A stretch of DNA of 64,000 nt from Neocallimastix sp. 'constans' (taxonomy: Eukaryota): the NCBI GenBank assembly GCA_050613775.1, contig JBODTK010000135.1:124001-188000 (forward strand). The letters are read 5' to 3'. Of this stretch, positions 51,659 through 64,000 are shown in pieces; within the stretch, counting starts at the first letter, position 1, and every line of letters begins with the position of its first letter. Made by a program: the position numbers and the translations under genes. Under the pieces are notes generated by a model. It had not been told where the DNA came from and made no database searches. It saw only the letters and a list, made by a program, of their open reading frames with translations.

Positions 51659-53077
51659 TTAATAAATACCACACCAATTGCCATTTTCAACACCCCATTT
51701 ACCATCATTATCTGTGTAAACAATAGAAGAGGTACTTTGACAGCATGGATATCCAAGTCTTTCAGACCAACAATTACGTGAAGCGCTATTACAAGATGAC
51801 TTTATTCCACACCAATTTCCATTTTCAACTCCCCATTTACCATCAGAATCAGTATAAACAACTTCACAACCATTACAGCAACTGTAGCCAAGGTTCACAC
51901 TGAAACAAGAATTATCGTTTGTTGGTTGGGATTGAGAAGTAGTAGTTGTAGTTTTTCTTACAGTAGTTCTTGTTTTAATAGAATTGCCTAAACCTTTAAT
52001 TAAACCATTAACTAATTTTGGGTAAACAACTTGTAAAGTAGAACGATTAATAAGACCAAAACGTTCACCTTCTCCTTCAAAGTAACCATTATCCCATATA
52101 ACACATGGAATACCAAGAGATGTAGCCTTCTTAATATAATATTCAGCCCATCTTTCACGGTCATCTTCATTATTTCGATTCATGGCACCAAATTCACCAA
52201 TAATAACAGGAATACCTTTGCTAATGAAGTTAGAGTTGATAATATTCATAACCCAATCAATTTCACTGCCATCGTAAAAATTACTAATTGCACCAGCTCC
52301 ATTATTTAAGGCAAAGTTATATGGACTGTATGAGTGAAGAGAAACAATAACTTTATCATCACCACTTGGAAATTTGAAGTTATTCACAGCATTATCCATA
52401 ACACAAGCAGCGTAAGTTGGAATCATAAGATGACGTAAAGCATTGTTACCACCAGTAGCACGAATAGTTTTAACGAAAAGGTCATTCATTTCATTAACGA
52501 AGCTCCATCCTTCATAATCACCACCATTCCATTCATTTGCATCACCAACCTTTCTTGGTTCGTTCATACCTTCGAAAATTAAATGTTCATCATAGTCTGC
52601 AAATTCAGCTGCAATTTGTTTCCAAATAGCAACTAAAATTTTCTTAGCACTGTCTAAATTTTTTTGGAAAGCATGATTCCAAGTTTCATGATGAATATTT
52701 AAAATGGCATAACCACCAGTATTAAGAGCATAATCAACAATTTCACGAACTCTTTTCATCCATTGATCATTAATTTTGTAGTCTGGAGCATTTCCAAAAT
52801 GACCACTCCAAGTAGTTGGAATACGGAAAGTATTAAAACCAAGATCACTTAATTTATAGTAAAGTTCTTGAGTAGTTTTAACATTACCCCAACAAGTTTC
52901 TGAAGCAATTGGATTTTTATTATAATCTAAAGTTTCAAAACAAGTAGCATCTAAAGTATTACCTAAACTCCAACCAATAGTCAAATCCTTAACTAATTCC
53001 TTAGATGAAATGTTTTTCATAGCCTTTGAGCCAATAACAGCTAAACTAAGTAAACTGAGAGTATTTAAAATTTTCAT
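51659..53077 (-). CDS. celB: Endoglucanase, GH5 (subfamily 4-like), with signal peptide, Thr linker and two non-catalytic fungal dockerins (CBM10-type)
   Basis: Intronless 472 aa. [15 protein letters not shown], acid/base FEGMNEP, nucleophile IIGEFG, WDNG, two [10 protein letters not shown] dockerins. Very close to Neocallimastix patriciarum CelB as recalled. Confidence 0.96.
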   Translation of the reverse strand: MKILNTLSLLSLAVIGSKAMKNISSKELVKDLTIGWSLGNTLDATCFETLDYNKNPIASETCWGNVKTTQELYYKLSDLGFNTFRIPTTWSGHFGNAPDYKINDQWMKRVREIVDYALNTGGYAILNIHHETWNHAFQKNLDSAKKILVAIWKQIAAEFADYDEHLIFEGMNEPRKVGDANEWNGGDYEGWSFVNEMNDLFVKTIRATGGNNALRHLMIPTYAACVMDNAVNNFKFPSGDDKVIVSLHSYSPYNFALNNGAGAISNFYDGSEIDWVMNIINSNFISKGIPVIIGEFGAMNRNNEDDRERWAEYYIKKATSLGIPCVIWDNGYFEGEGERFGLINRSTLQVVYPKLVNGLIKGLGNSIKTRTTVRKTTTTTSQSQPTNDNSCFSVNLGYSCCNGCEVVYTDSDGKWGVENGNWCGIKSSCNSASRNCWSERLGYPCCQSTSSIVYTDNDGKWGVENGNWCGIY

Positions 53078-56000
53078 TTTGACTTGTTTATATTATAAAA
53101 TATTAGAATATTGATATATTTAAATTTTTCTTTTTAATTAAAAAAAAGTAAATAATAATAATTAATAACCTGTAATAATTATTATTTTTTAAAAGTATAT
53201 ATAATTATCTTTGTTAAAATAAATAATTCTATTATATATTTTTATCAAAAAAATATATATATTATTTTATTTATTATAAAAAGAAAAATAAAAAATTAGA
53301 AAAAATTTTTGATATTTATATATTTCAAAATTTAATATTTACATATGCTTTAAATGTAATATGTTAGTAAAAACAATACAAAAAAATTTGGATAATTTAT
53401 GTCATTTACTTATGAAATTAAAACATTTGAGTAATATACAATAGCTTAAATTAAACTTAATTTATAATTAAATCTAATTTATAATAAATTTATATATAAA
53501 ATATATAGTATTGACAAACTGTAATTAATAAATTTTAACAATATTAAGTTTAATATGATTAAAAATCTTGCCTAGAATTATTAAAACTTTATTTTATATT
53601 ATTGATAATTTAATTAAATTATACATTACTTTTATGGTAAAAAGAAATTTATGAAAATATTAAGAAATAATTCGGAAAATAAAAAAAAGTTTAATAACTA
53701 TATTTATGATTTATATTAAAAGTTTTTTTGATATAATTTTATGTAATAAAAATATTTATTAAAGGCTTTTCATTTGGATTTACTATAGCTTGTTTTTTTT
53801 TTATTAAAGTTAATAATTGATATATAACTCTATTTTTTATAACTTTTTAAGGACGGAAGAACATCATTTATTAATTTATTTATTTTAAAATATATTTTTT
53901 TTAAAAATATTAATATTTATAATATCATATTGTTATTATTATTAAATGACCTTTATTTATTAATATTATAAAAATAAATGTTTAAGAAGCAAATAAAAAC
54001 AAAGAGAAAGTAATTTTTATAAAATGCACTTTAATTATAAACTATTTTAAAATAATAAAAATTAATTTTTTATTTTAATATTATAACATATAAAAATATA
54101 TATAAAAAATATAATAAAATTAAATAATTAAAATAATAAAAAACTTTATAAATATAAATTATTTGTTTTTTTTTTAAAAAAATGATGTATAATAAATTAA
54201 TTTATTACCAATAAATTAAAATGAAATATTCTAATTGAGTATAAACCTCCGGTATAATATTTTTTAAAAAAAAAATAAAAAATTAGAAAAAAAATGTCCC
54301 TCTTTTTTATTCTATTGTTAAAGTTAAAAATTAATAAACTGTAATTAATAAATTTTAGAACTTTAATAATATTATTTTTATAAAGGATGGAAATATATTA
54401 TGTTTCACATTTTTATCTATTATACTAATTAAAATTAAAATAAAAGAAAATAATAAAACAGTTTAAATAAATATGTTTGTTTTATATTAAAAGAATTTAT
54501 TAAATAATTCTTATAATATTAATCGTTAATTTAAGTAGTAAACTTATTTTCCTAATTTTACAGGAATAAGTAACCTTGAATTATTGTAATTATTATCTAA
54601 TTTTTATGGCTAATTACTAACATTTTTCTAAAAGAACTATTTTATATTTTCACTTATACTAATGTTCTAAATTAAAATAATTTCTTATAATCAATAATTT
54701 TTACTATATTTTATAAATAACTTTATTACTATAATTTCATATTATTTAACTACATAATTTTATACTTTCTAATCTAGATGTATTTCATTATATTTTCATA
54801 AAATTTTATACGGAGAATAATATATTTTTTAATTAAATTGTCAATAATATAAAATAAAGTTTTAATAATTCTCAATAGGAATTTTATAGATTAGAAAGTA
54901 TAAATAAAATTATTAAATAGTTAAATAATACAAAATCATAGTAATAAAGTTATTTGTGAAATAATATAAAATAATTTTTTAATAATTCTCCATAAGAATT
55001 TTATACAAATAAAAATTTGATTTAGAATGAAACTTTAAATAATAATAAATTCAAAAAAATAATAAACTATTCGGAAAATAAAATAAATCTATATTTAGAA
55101 AAAATTTTTTTAAAAAAATTTTATAATAAAAATAATTATTAAAATGATGAAATTAAACTTTTGCAATTAATATAATATAATTAAATTAGTAAATGATATA
55201 TCATTTACTATATTTAATTATATTTATTTAACTTTTAAATGTTTATACCACTTATATTATTACATTCTTTATTTATTTATTTATTTATTTATTTTACAAA
55301 AAATTGAAAAAATTTTATAATATAGCTAAAGCCACATATTTATATATATCACATGAAAATTGTTTTAATGTAACCTTCCCCATCAATCATAATTCATTTT
55401 GTTATATGATAATTTAAAAAATGTGATATTCTTATTGTTGTAGCTGATTTAATAAGTTTATTTGAGTTATCAATAATTTTTATTAATATTTTATTATTTT
55501 ATAATTACAATATTATTTCTACCATAAAAAAAAAAAACAAGAATAAGAATAATATTAATTATATTATAAAGTATTAATAATATATAATTATTATAAACAA
55601 ATATAATAAATAAGAATATAATAATATATATATTTTAATATGAATAATATAAATAATATAAATTATTATATTAATTATATAAACTTTAATAAATAAAATA
55701 AGAAATATAATTTAATTAAGAAATATATATAAGAAATATAAATAATAATAATGAATAATAAATAATAAATATAAATTTAATATCGAATATATAAATATTC
55801 AAATATACAAATATATACTACATATATTTGTTTATATATCAATAACTTCCCTACTAGAATTAAAATTATTTCTCAAGAAATTACTGAAATTAAATTAATA
55901 ATAATTTAAATTATTAAATTTTTTTATTAATTTATATTAAATTTGATAATATAAAAAAAAGAAAATTTATATTTTATAATAAAATTTTAATAATAAAAAT

Positions 56001-56089
56001 TTTTTTCTACATAAAATAAGAAAAAATTAAATTTATGATTTTGAAATTTCAATTTGAGATTTCATTCATTAACCGGTAATATATTTTTA

Positions 56090-59000
56090 ATATTGACGTT
56101 TCTTCCCAATTTTGTACCGTTCATAACATTCTGTAATTGAACTGTACTCCAAAATATGTCCTTAATTATACATGGACCAAGGAAATACAGTTAAAATTTA
56201 GTCCGTTGGTGATTTCTAAATTTTACTAAATCATCAATTATAAAATTTTCCTTACTTTGTTGAGTCTGTCTTCTGTTTTGCCAATAGTTAATGGTTCCAA
56301 GCATTTCTTTTCGTAGCTTGTTTTACACATTTGACATGATCAACATAACTTTCAATTAAAATTTCTTCTTTCGATCAATCATTATCTTCTAATATTGAAT
56401 TTCTTAAATTAACATCGATCAGTAGCAATTTTTTTCTTCCATACAGTAATTTAAAACTAGTGTAACCAGAAACAATAGATCACTAAAATATAAGTTATTA
56501 TCAATTTTTATAAATCAATTAGTTAAAAATTTATACATAAATTCAGAAATAAATTTTTCGTTCTCCTCTTGGGTGAAAATAGAACTATCAACAGGTGAAT
56601 TATTATCAATGGGCGAATCAAAGGAACTATATAGAATTATTAACAGAAGTGAACAGAATATCGCTATTAAAAAAAGGATTAGAACTAATACAAACATTAG
56701 TAATAGAGAAGTCTTTATGAACAACTCTAGACAATGCATCAGCAATCAAATTAGCTTTACTTGAAGTTTACTAAAATTTTCACACCATCGTTGATGTTTA
56801 AGAGTATTCGGCTTATAACTTTTAATAATAGAAAATAAAGGTTTGTGATCAGTATATAGAATAATTTTGAAAGGATTACTTAAAATATAATGTTCAAATT
56901 GGACTAAGTAATAATAAGTAGCGGTACCTTCAAGTTCAGTTGTAGTATAATTTTTCTCAGATTTTTTAAACTTCTACAAACAAAATAAATATGGTGTTCA
57001 ATTTTATCATCATAAAGTTGTAAAAGAACACCAACAATACCATAACCATAATCATCAGATTGAATAATAAAGGGAATATCAAATTTAGGGTAACAGAGAA
57101 TAGGGGCACTAATTAAACAATTATTTAAAAATTGAAAGCTATAGTTTTGAGAATCAATCTAAACAAATAGAGTATTCTTTCTTAATAAAGAACAAAGAGG
57201 AGTTAATTTTGCCGAGTAATTGTCAACGAAATTTCTATTATAACCAGTCATTCCTAGAAAAAAATGAAGTTCAGACACATTAGTAGGAGGTGCCATATTC
57301 ATAATGGAAAGAGTTTTCTTATTTAAAGGAAGTAGTAACTTTATGACCTAAAGCTACAATTTCTGTTTGACAAAAATGACATTTTTTTATATTTAATTTC
57401 AAATTATATTTTCTTGAAATATTAAAAACCTTAGAAAGATGAATTAGATGATTTTCGAAACAATAAGAATTTATAATAATATCATCTACGTATATTTGAA
57501 CACAATCATTAATCAAATCAAAGAAAATTCGATTCATTTCACGCTGAAAGGTGGCAGGTGTGTTAGTTAAACCAAAAGGAATTACTTTAAAATAATAATT
57601 ACCAAATTTCGTTGTAAAAAAAGTCTTTTCTATATCATCAGCCCACATAGGAATTTGATGGTAACGACTAAATAAATCAACATAAGAAAATATTTTTGAA
57701 TCATTCAAAGAATCAAAAATTTCAAAACTTTTTGGAAGTTCATAAGCGTCTTTAATAGAAATTTCATTCAACTTCCTAAAATCAACACAAAGACGCCGTT
57801 TACCATTTTTCTTTTAAACTAAAACAACATGAGAAGCCCATGGAGAATGTGAAGATTCAATTAACTTTTTATCCAATAATTTACGAAGTTCTTCTTTTAA
57901 AGTATCAGATTAAACTTGAGAAATCTTATACCCCTTTTGTATAATTGGTGTATTTTTTTATTCTAAAGTAATATGATGAGGGAGTAATTTAGAAGGTTCA
58001 AAATCATCAGAAGAAATGGCAATAAAATCATCAAATTTTTTTAATAATTTACAAAAATTATTATAAACTTTATTATTTTTAAATTTTATTTGATTAATAA
58101 TAGAATTAATTATATCATCTTTTTCCTTAGTACTAATATTAGAATTAGATTCATTAGTATTAACAAATAAAGTACCCTCAACAATATCAATTTTTGTTTC
58201 AGGATAAACACATAATAAAGACTGAGAAGTGAAAGTATTTATATCTTCTATATTACTAATAGGTATTAATTTATCCTCCATATTCATATATGCAAGAAGT
58301 TTATGAAATGTATCAAAATCCTGTTATTCGATTGTGTTTTAAGAGAAATAATCGTATCATAAAAAGATTCATCCTTATTGGAAATTTTAAAATCAGTAAT
58401 AAATTCAACATAACCCCAGTTTAACATTTAAGCAAACAATATTATAAGCACAACTTATATCATCAACCATTGCTTGTCTTATTGTACTTTTATTGTGATC
58501 AATAAATAGATAATTTTTAATAAATTTATTTAAAAATAGAAGCAGGATAGCTATCAATATATCTTCGTACAACTGCAACATCATATTCATGTATAATATT
58601 ATTATTATTTAAATTATTAGCTTTTTTACTATTATAATTAGTATCATTATAATTTTCATTGTTACTAATATATTAGTACTACTATTATTATTATTATTAT
58701 AATTATTATCAATAGTAGAATTAGTATCATTAATAATACTTTCATTATTTTGCTTTGATTTCTTAATGCTTTTAGTTAATTCGTTTTTATAAATTTTTAA
58801 AATGTTAAGGAGTTATTCAATGGTAATATTTGCTGGAATATTTAATAAATCTTCACAAATATTATATGCTCATGGTTTCTCATCATCTGTAAGGTAGGTT
58901 TTTGTTTCTTTTTTTTTTCTGCTAAATTTTCATTCTTCATTGTATCCATATTATTAATTTTAATATTATTTTATTAATTTTATAGTCTGAATCATTATTA

Positions 59001-60620
59001 TTAATATTATTCTTAAAGATTTTTCTTTTCTGTGCTTTATTATTATTTTCAACTTTTCCATTTTTATTTTCATTATTATTATCATTTTTAATATTATTGT
59101 TAAGGACTTTTTTACTTATTCTTCTAGTAGGCATAATAATTTGTCTGTTATTTGTAATATTATTAGATAAATTATTATTTTGTATAGGTTTATTAATATT
59201 ATATAATTAAATATTTTATTTTGAGAAATAGTTTGTGAATTATTATCGAAAGTTTTATTATAATTATTCCTTATATTACGTAACTCTTATTAGCGTTTGC
59301 TAATATAATATTATATTTTTTATCCCTTTCTCTTTTTGCAGCAGCCATAATTTTTTCCAAGTTGCCAGGATTGTCGTAAGAAGATACTACAGCATTGTCT
59401 CCGTTATAATCATGATTCTTATCATTTTCAAAATAAAATTGTTCATTATTATATTATTATAATCATTATTATAATCATTATTACCATAATTGTTAAAATT
59501 AACATTATCATAATTTTCATTATAAATATTATCATATATATTATTGTAGTTATTATTATAATTGTTATGATTATTACTATAAGTATTATTGAGACAACTA
59601 TTAGCGATATTGTTCTCAACATAATCAATATATACATTTTGATTATTGGAAATTAGTCTTCTTCCATAATCTAGTTTTTTGAGTATTTTATATTGTTTTG
59701 TTGATACCTGAGTTATGGGCAATACCTAAAAAAATATATGACCTGGCTCATGGCACCAATAACATACTTTTATATGTAGGTTCTCTAAACCCCTGGTAAT
59801 ATCATCAACACTACTCAAATCATTATTGTTTGAATTATTATTATATTTCTTGGAATCTTTTTATTATTCATTCTATTTAATGTATTATTATTAATATTAT
59901 TATAATTGTTCAAATTATTGTTAAAATTATTACTCCTCTGTAATTCATTATTTAAATTCTTATTTAAGAAAGAGCTATAATTATTATTTAATTGATTAAA
60001 GTTTTGGTTGGGTTTATATCCATTAACAAATGGATAATTATTTTGAATATTATTATTATTATATTTTCTACACTTTTGTATTAGACGACTTCCGAGTTTT
60101 ATTCTTTCGACTTCTTTAGCAATTTTACAAGTAGCTTCAATAGTTTTGGCTTTTTCATAGTCTACCTTTTCATAAATATCAGTTTGACTACATATGGAAT
60201 TCTCGTAATCGTAGACTAATAGTTTTGCTTTATTCTCGGTAGATAATTGGCAGTAGTAATCCAAATACCTATCGTTAAATTCTCGGATACTTTCATTTGG
60301 TATTATCAGTATAATTTTTAATTCCCTAAATCTTTCTTTTTCATTAAAATGATACCTTTCAAGGATATCTCTACACTCTTTTAAATTTTAAATTTTATTA
60401 ACCTCTACAAATTTGTTACTATCAATTTGAGTAGCTTCTCCTAGAGTTACTGCCAGAATGAACTGATCTTTCTTCATCATCAGTAACCTTTTCCATCTTT
60501 TGCAAATTTTTTATAAGAATGTACCAAACTTTTACATTCTTATTATTTCCACCTATAATTGGTTGAATTTTTCTTCTCTTTTCGTTTGGCTCATTTTCGT
60601 TTATTTGTAATAACATTCAT
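56090..60620 (-). mobile_element. Heavily decayed Ty3/gypsy element (gag-PR-RT-RH-partial IN)
   Basis: Minus strand: gag-like fragments (60616-59700); RT SHSPWASHVVLV, RLCVDFRKLN, VDLFSRYHQIPM, YVDD; RH PFIIQSDD, ILYTDHKPL; IN C-terminal fragments near 56100-56480. Many stops. Confidence 0.88.
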
Positions 60621-60771
60621 ATTAAGAATATTACTATCATTGATAATGCTATTATTGACAATATTATTATTATTTATTATAATTATTATTATTATTTATT
60701 ATAATTATTATTATTATTATTATTATTATTTATTATAATTATTATTATTATTATTATTATTATTTATTATA

Positions 60772-60803
<32 letters not shown>

Positions 60804-61188
60804 AATTTATTATTAATATTTTATATTTTATTTATTTATAAAAGGTAATTACAAAGTTTAATATTAACAGATATCGTGATATTTATATAAAAATAATGTG
60901 GCTAGTACAAATCATATGGAATGCTCTATGAATAAATCTATTAACTAATATAAAATATAAATAATAATATAAAATATAACTAATAATATAAAATATAACT
61001 AATAATATAAAAAATATATAATAATATAAATTATTATTGACTGAATATAGGTAGAAACACACGAATGTTAATGATAAATTATGTATTTTATTATATTATA
61101 TTATTTATTTATTTATATTAAAAGTATTAGAAATATTTAATTTTATTTATAAATTTATAATTTTTATTTATACATTAATGTTAATTAT

Positions 61189-62610
61189 TGTTAGAGTATT
61201 AACACAAATAAAATTGTATTTATATAAAAATATGTGGCTTAACTTCATTACTAATTATGAATTACATGAATATTCTTTAGAATAAATACATTATTATTTA
61301 TTACTAATTATTATTAATTCAATTCAATATTTTAATTATTCCAACATTCCGCTTAAAACTTAAATTATTTTAGGAAATGATTTAATGTTTTGTAAAGTTG
61401 ATTTTATAGTATGTATTGTTTAGTTTATGTCAAAAATTTTACTTGTGAAACTTTTTAATTTTGTTCCATTAATGTTTTTTGTTAGTATGTCAGCCACCAT
61501 TTCACTTGTACTATTGTATTTTAGTATTATTTTGTTTTTCTTAATGTTGCCGTTATTATCGAAATAAAATTTATATCTATATGTTTTAATTTTGTAGAGA
61601 TTTCTCCATTTTCCATAATTATTTTGTTTGATTTATTGTCTGCGTATATTGTGATAGGAGATTTGTGGTTGAATAATTCATATATAATGCTTCTGAACCA
61701 CAGAGACTTCTTGATGCATTCTGAGGCACTAATGTATTCTTCTTCTGCATTAGAAATAGCTACTATTGTTTGTTTCTTAGAATACCATGAAATTGGGGAG
61801 TTTCCCGTTAAGAATATATACCTGATGTTGATTTCTGGTCTTTCTTGTCCCCAGCGAAATCGGCATCGGTGTATCCATGGAATGAACCTAAACCATTATA
61901 TAAAATTTTGTAGTATTTAGTGTTATTTAAATATTTTAAAATATTGATAGTTTTATACCAATCGGCTTATGTTGGATTTTCACATTGTCGTGCAGCATGA
62001 TATACCGCGAAAGAAATGTCTGGCCAAGTGCGTTTTGCTAAATATATAAGTGACCCAATTACACTTTTATATGTAGTAGGATCAAAAGGTTTATCATTAG
62101 TAATATTGTTTAGTGTGCAAGGTGTGTTAGTTCTTTTGTTTTGAGTAATTTTAAAATTACTCAATAAATTTTCAATAAAATTTATTTGTAAAATTCGGTA
62201 TTCAAATTTTATTTGTTCAATTGTAATACCAGGAAGATATATGATTGGTCCATAATTAGAAATTTTAAATTTTGATTTAATTTTATTGATTATATCGTTT
62301 ATTTCAATAGTTGCTACCACTGATGATCATACCATCTACATATATACCAATTAAGCAAATTATTTTATTATCTTTTAGTTTTCTAAAAATGTACGGATCG
62401 GATTTTAATTGATAGAAGCCTTGTTCTTTTATGAAGGTAGAAATTGTTTCAAACCATTGTCTTCCAGACTATTTTAAACCGTATAGAGCTTTATTTAGTT
62501 TCCAAAATCCTTTTTGATAATTTTTATCTCCGGGAAGGATAGTGGTATATATGTCTTTATCAAGGTTAGCATTTAGGTAGGCAGCTTTTATGTCTAATTG
62601 GGTTAGTTAT
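61189..62610 (-). mobile_element. Decayed Ty1/copia 3' fragment (RT-RNase H, PPT, 3' LTR)
   Basis: QLDIKAAYLNA, WKLNKALYGLK*SGRQW, YKSVIGSLIYLAKRTWPDISFAV, SPISWYSKKQTIVAISNAEEEY, EMVADILTK. PPT-like AAGCGGAA at 61347-61354. LTR at ~61189-61346 (TGTT...AACA; distal boundary uncertain). Confidence 0.88.
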
Positions 62611-63143
62611 TCTAATATAGTCGAAGCCATTGGTGATGTATCTGAATTATTATAATATTAATTAGATTAATTTTAATATATTTATATTAATTTTTTATTC
62701 TGTAACTGTCCTAAATCCTAAATTTACTATATTATTTTTTAACTTTTGAATTAATTTTTATTCTTTAGTACATTAATTTATTCATTATTAATTAAAATTT
62801 GTTTTTATTACTATTATTTTTTATTTTATTTAATCTTTAATAGACATTTTATATTTTTAACTATAAATTATAAAATTTTTTTTAAAATAAATATAATATA
62901 TAAAAATATATTAATCTATTTAATAAAATACTTGAAGCGTATTCTTGTCTAAAATAAGAAAAATTTCAATCTGTAGTTTTATATTTTCATATTTTACTAT
63001 TTATTTTATTTTATTATTTTTTTAATTTAATTTCATTTTATTTTCATTTTATAAAAATAACGCCATAATGGATACATTTTAATTGAACAATATTGTAAAT
63101 AAAGAAAAAAAACTTGAATAAAAAAAAAAAAATAAAATGTTTT

Positions 63144-63180
<37 letters not shown>

Positions 63181-63429
63181 GTTTATTTTTTAGATTATAC
63201 TATCGATGTTTAAAATAAATAAATAGTGGAATACCTGATTTATTGTGGAATATATATAAATAATATAAAAATTAATGTTAATAATAAATTTAGTTAAAAA
63301 ATATTATTCTATTAAAAAAAATAGATTTAATGACTATTTTAAATAATATTAATTTTAATATCCATCAAAAATATGAAAATAATAACTCATTATTAAAATT
63401 CTGTTAGTCATTTTAATAAAGAAGTCATA

Positions 63430-64000
63430 AAATTTTTAAATTAATTATGATACTGAGATTAGAGGAATAGGTAGTAGAAGATTAACACCTTTAATTTTAG
63501 CATTATTGGAAATCTCAATAAACAAAATTAGTGATGACACTATAGTAAACTATTTAATTGAAGAATGTGGTGCAGATATTAAAAAAAAAAAAAAAAAAAA
63601 AGATGAAAGTGGTTATTGCTTATAGTCCTCAAACCTCTACAATAAACATAAGGTACTTTATAAAAATATGCTAAAATAGTTGATTTAACAAAAAAAAATA
63701 GGTATTAATATTGATAAATTTGATAAAAAATATTAAAGTTCTTTATCACTCGCTTATGATAATGAAAGAGAAAATAATATACTGGAGGATCATGATGAGG
63801 TACCAATATTGGAAATTATTTACCTAAAAAAAAAAAGAATTTAATCCATACTGTTAGAAAGGGAGATACATTGAATGGTAAAAAATTTAATTAATAATAA
63901 TATTTTAGATATGGATGAAATTAACGATATCGGGTCATTATTCACTCTTTATAATGGCAATTAGATAATTAATCGTATAGACGTAGATAGTGAAAATGTT
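63430..64000 (+). pseudogene. Ankyrin-repeat gene remnant
   Basis: RLTPLILALLEISINKISDDTIVNYLIEECGADIKK is ankyrin-like, followed by a poly-A expansion and in-frame stops. Confidence 0.6.

Noticed and set aside
62701..62740. LTR pair with 51040-51067 (TGTAA..GTCC.AAATCCTAAATTTACT)
   Set aside because: The copies are in opposite orientation and share only ~28 bp. They are probably separate repeat fragments, too little to define an element around celB.

Overview
Extremely AT-rich, intron-containing eukaryotic DNA, almost certainly an anaerobic gut fungus (Neocallimastigomycota, most like Neocallimastix). The call rests on an intronless CelB-type GH5 cellulase with two fungal dockerins, a flagellar radial-spoke gene and Asn-rich low-complexity proteins. 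The left part (1-32 kb) holds host genes: a GATA/AT-hook/ET-like regulator, a tandem-PH protein, DIB1/Dim1, RSPH14 and two orphans. It also holds a very young full-length Ty1/copia element (identical 324-bp LTRs, TTATA target-site duplication) with three unusual features: an apparent -1 frameshift cassette (A_AAT_TTT plus pseudoknot), a PBS matching the anticodon arm of tRNA-Lys(CUU), and a TG...AA terminus. The right part (36-64 kb) is mostly decayed repeats around celB: a compound satellite, decayed Ty3/gypsy and copia elements, a non-autonomous copia-type element carrying captured gene fragments (one Gal_lectin/SUEL-like), and a chromovirus LTR with a Tf1-like self-priming structure. The most notable item is a truncated HUH-endonuclease Rep gene of geminivirus/genomovirus type, directly preceded by a stem-loop containing TAATGTTAT on the opposite strand. 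This is a candidate endogenous ssDNA (CRESS) virus or rolling-circle element. Everything was read by eye; no database searches were run.
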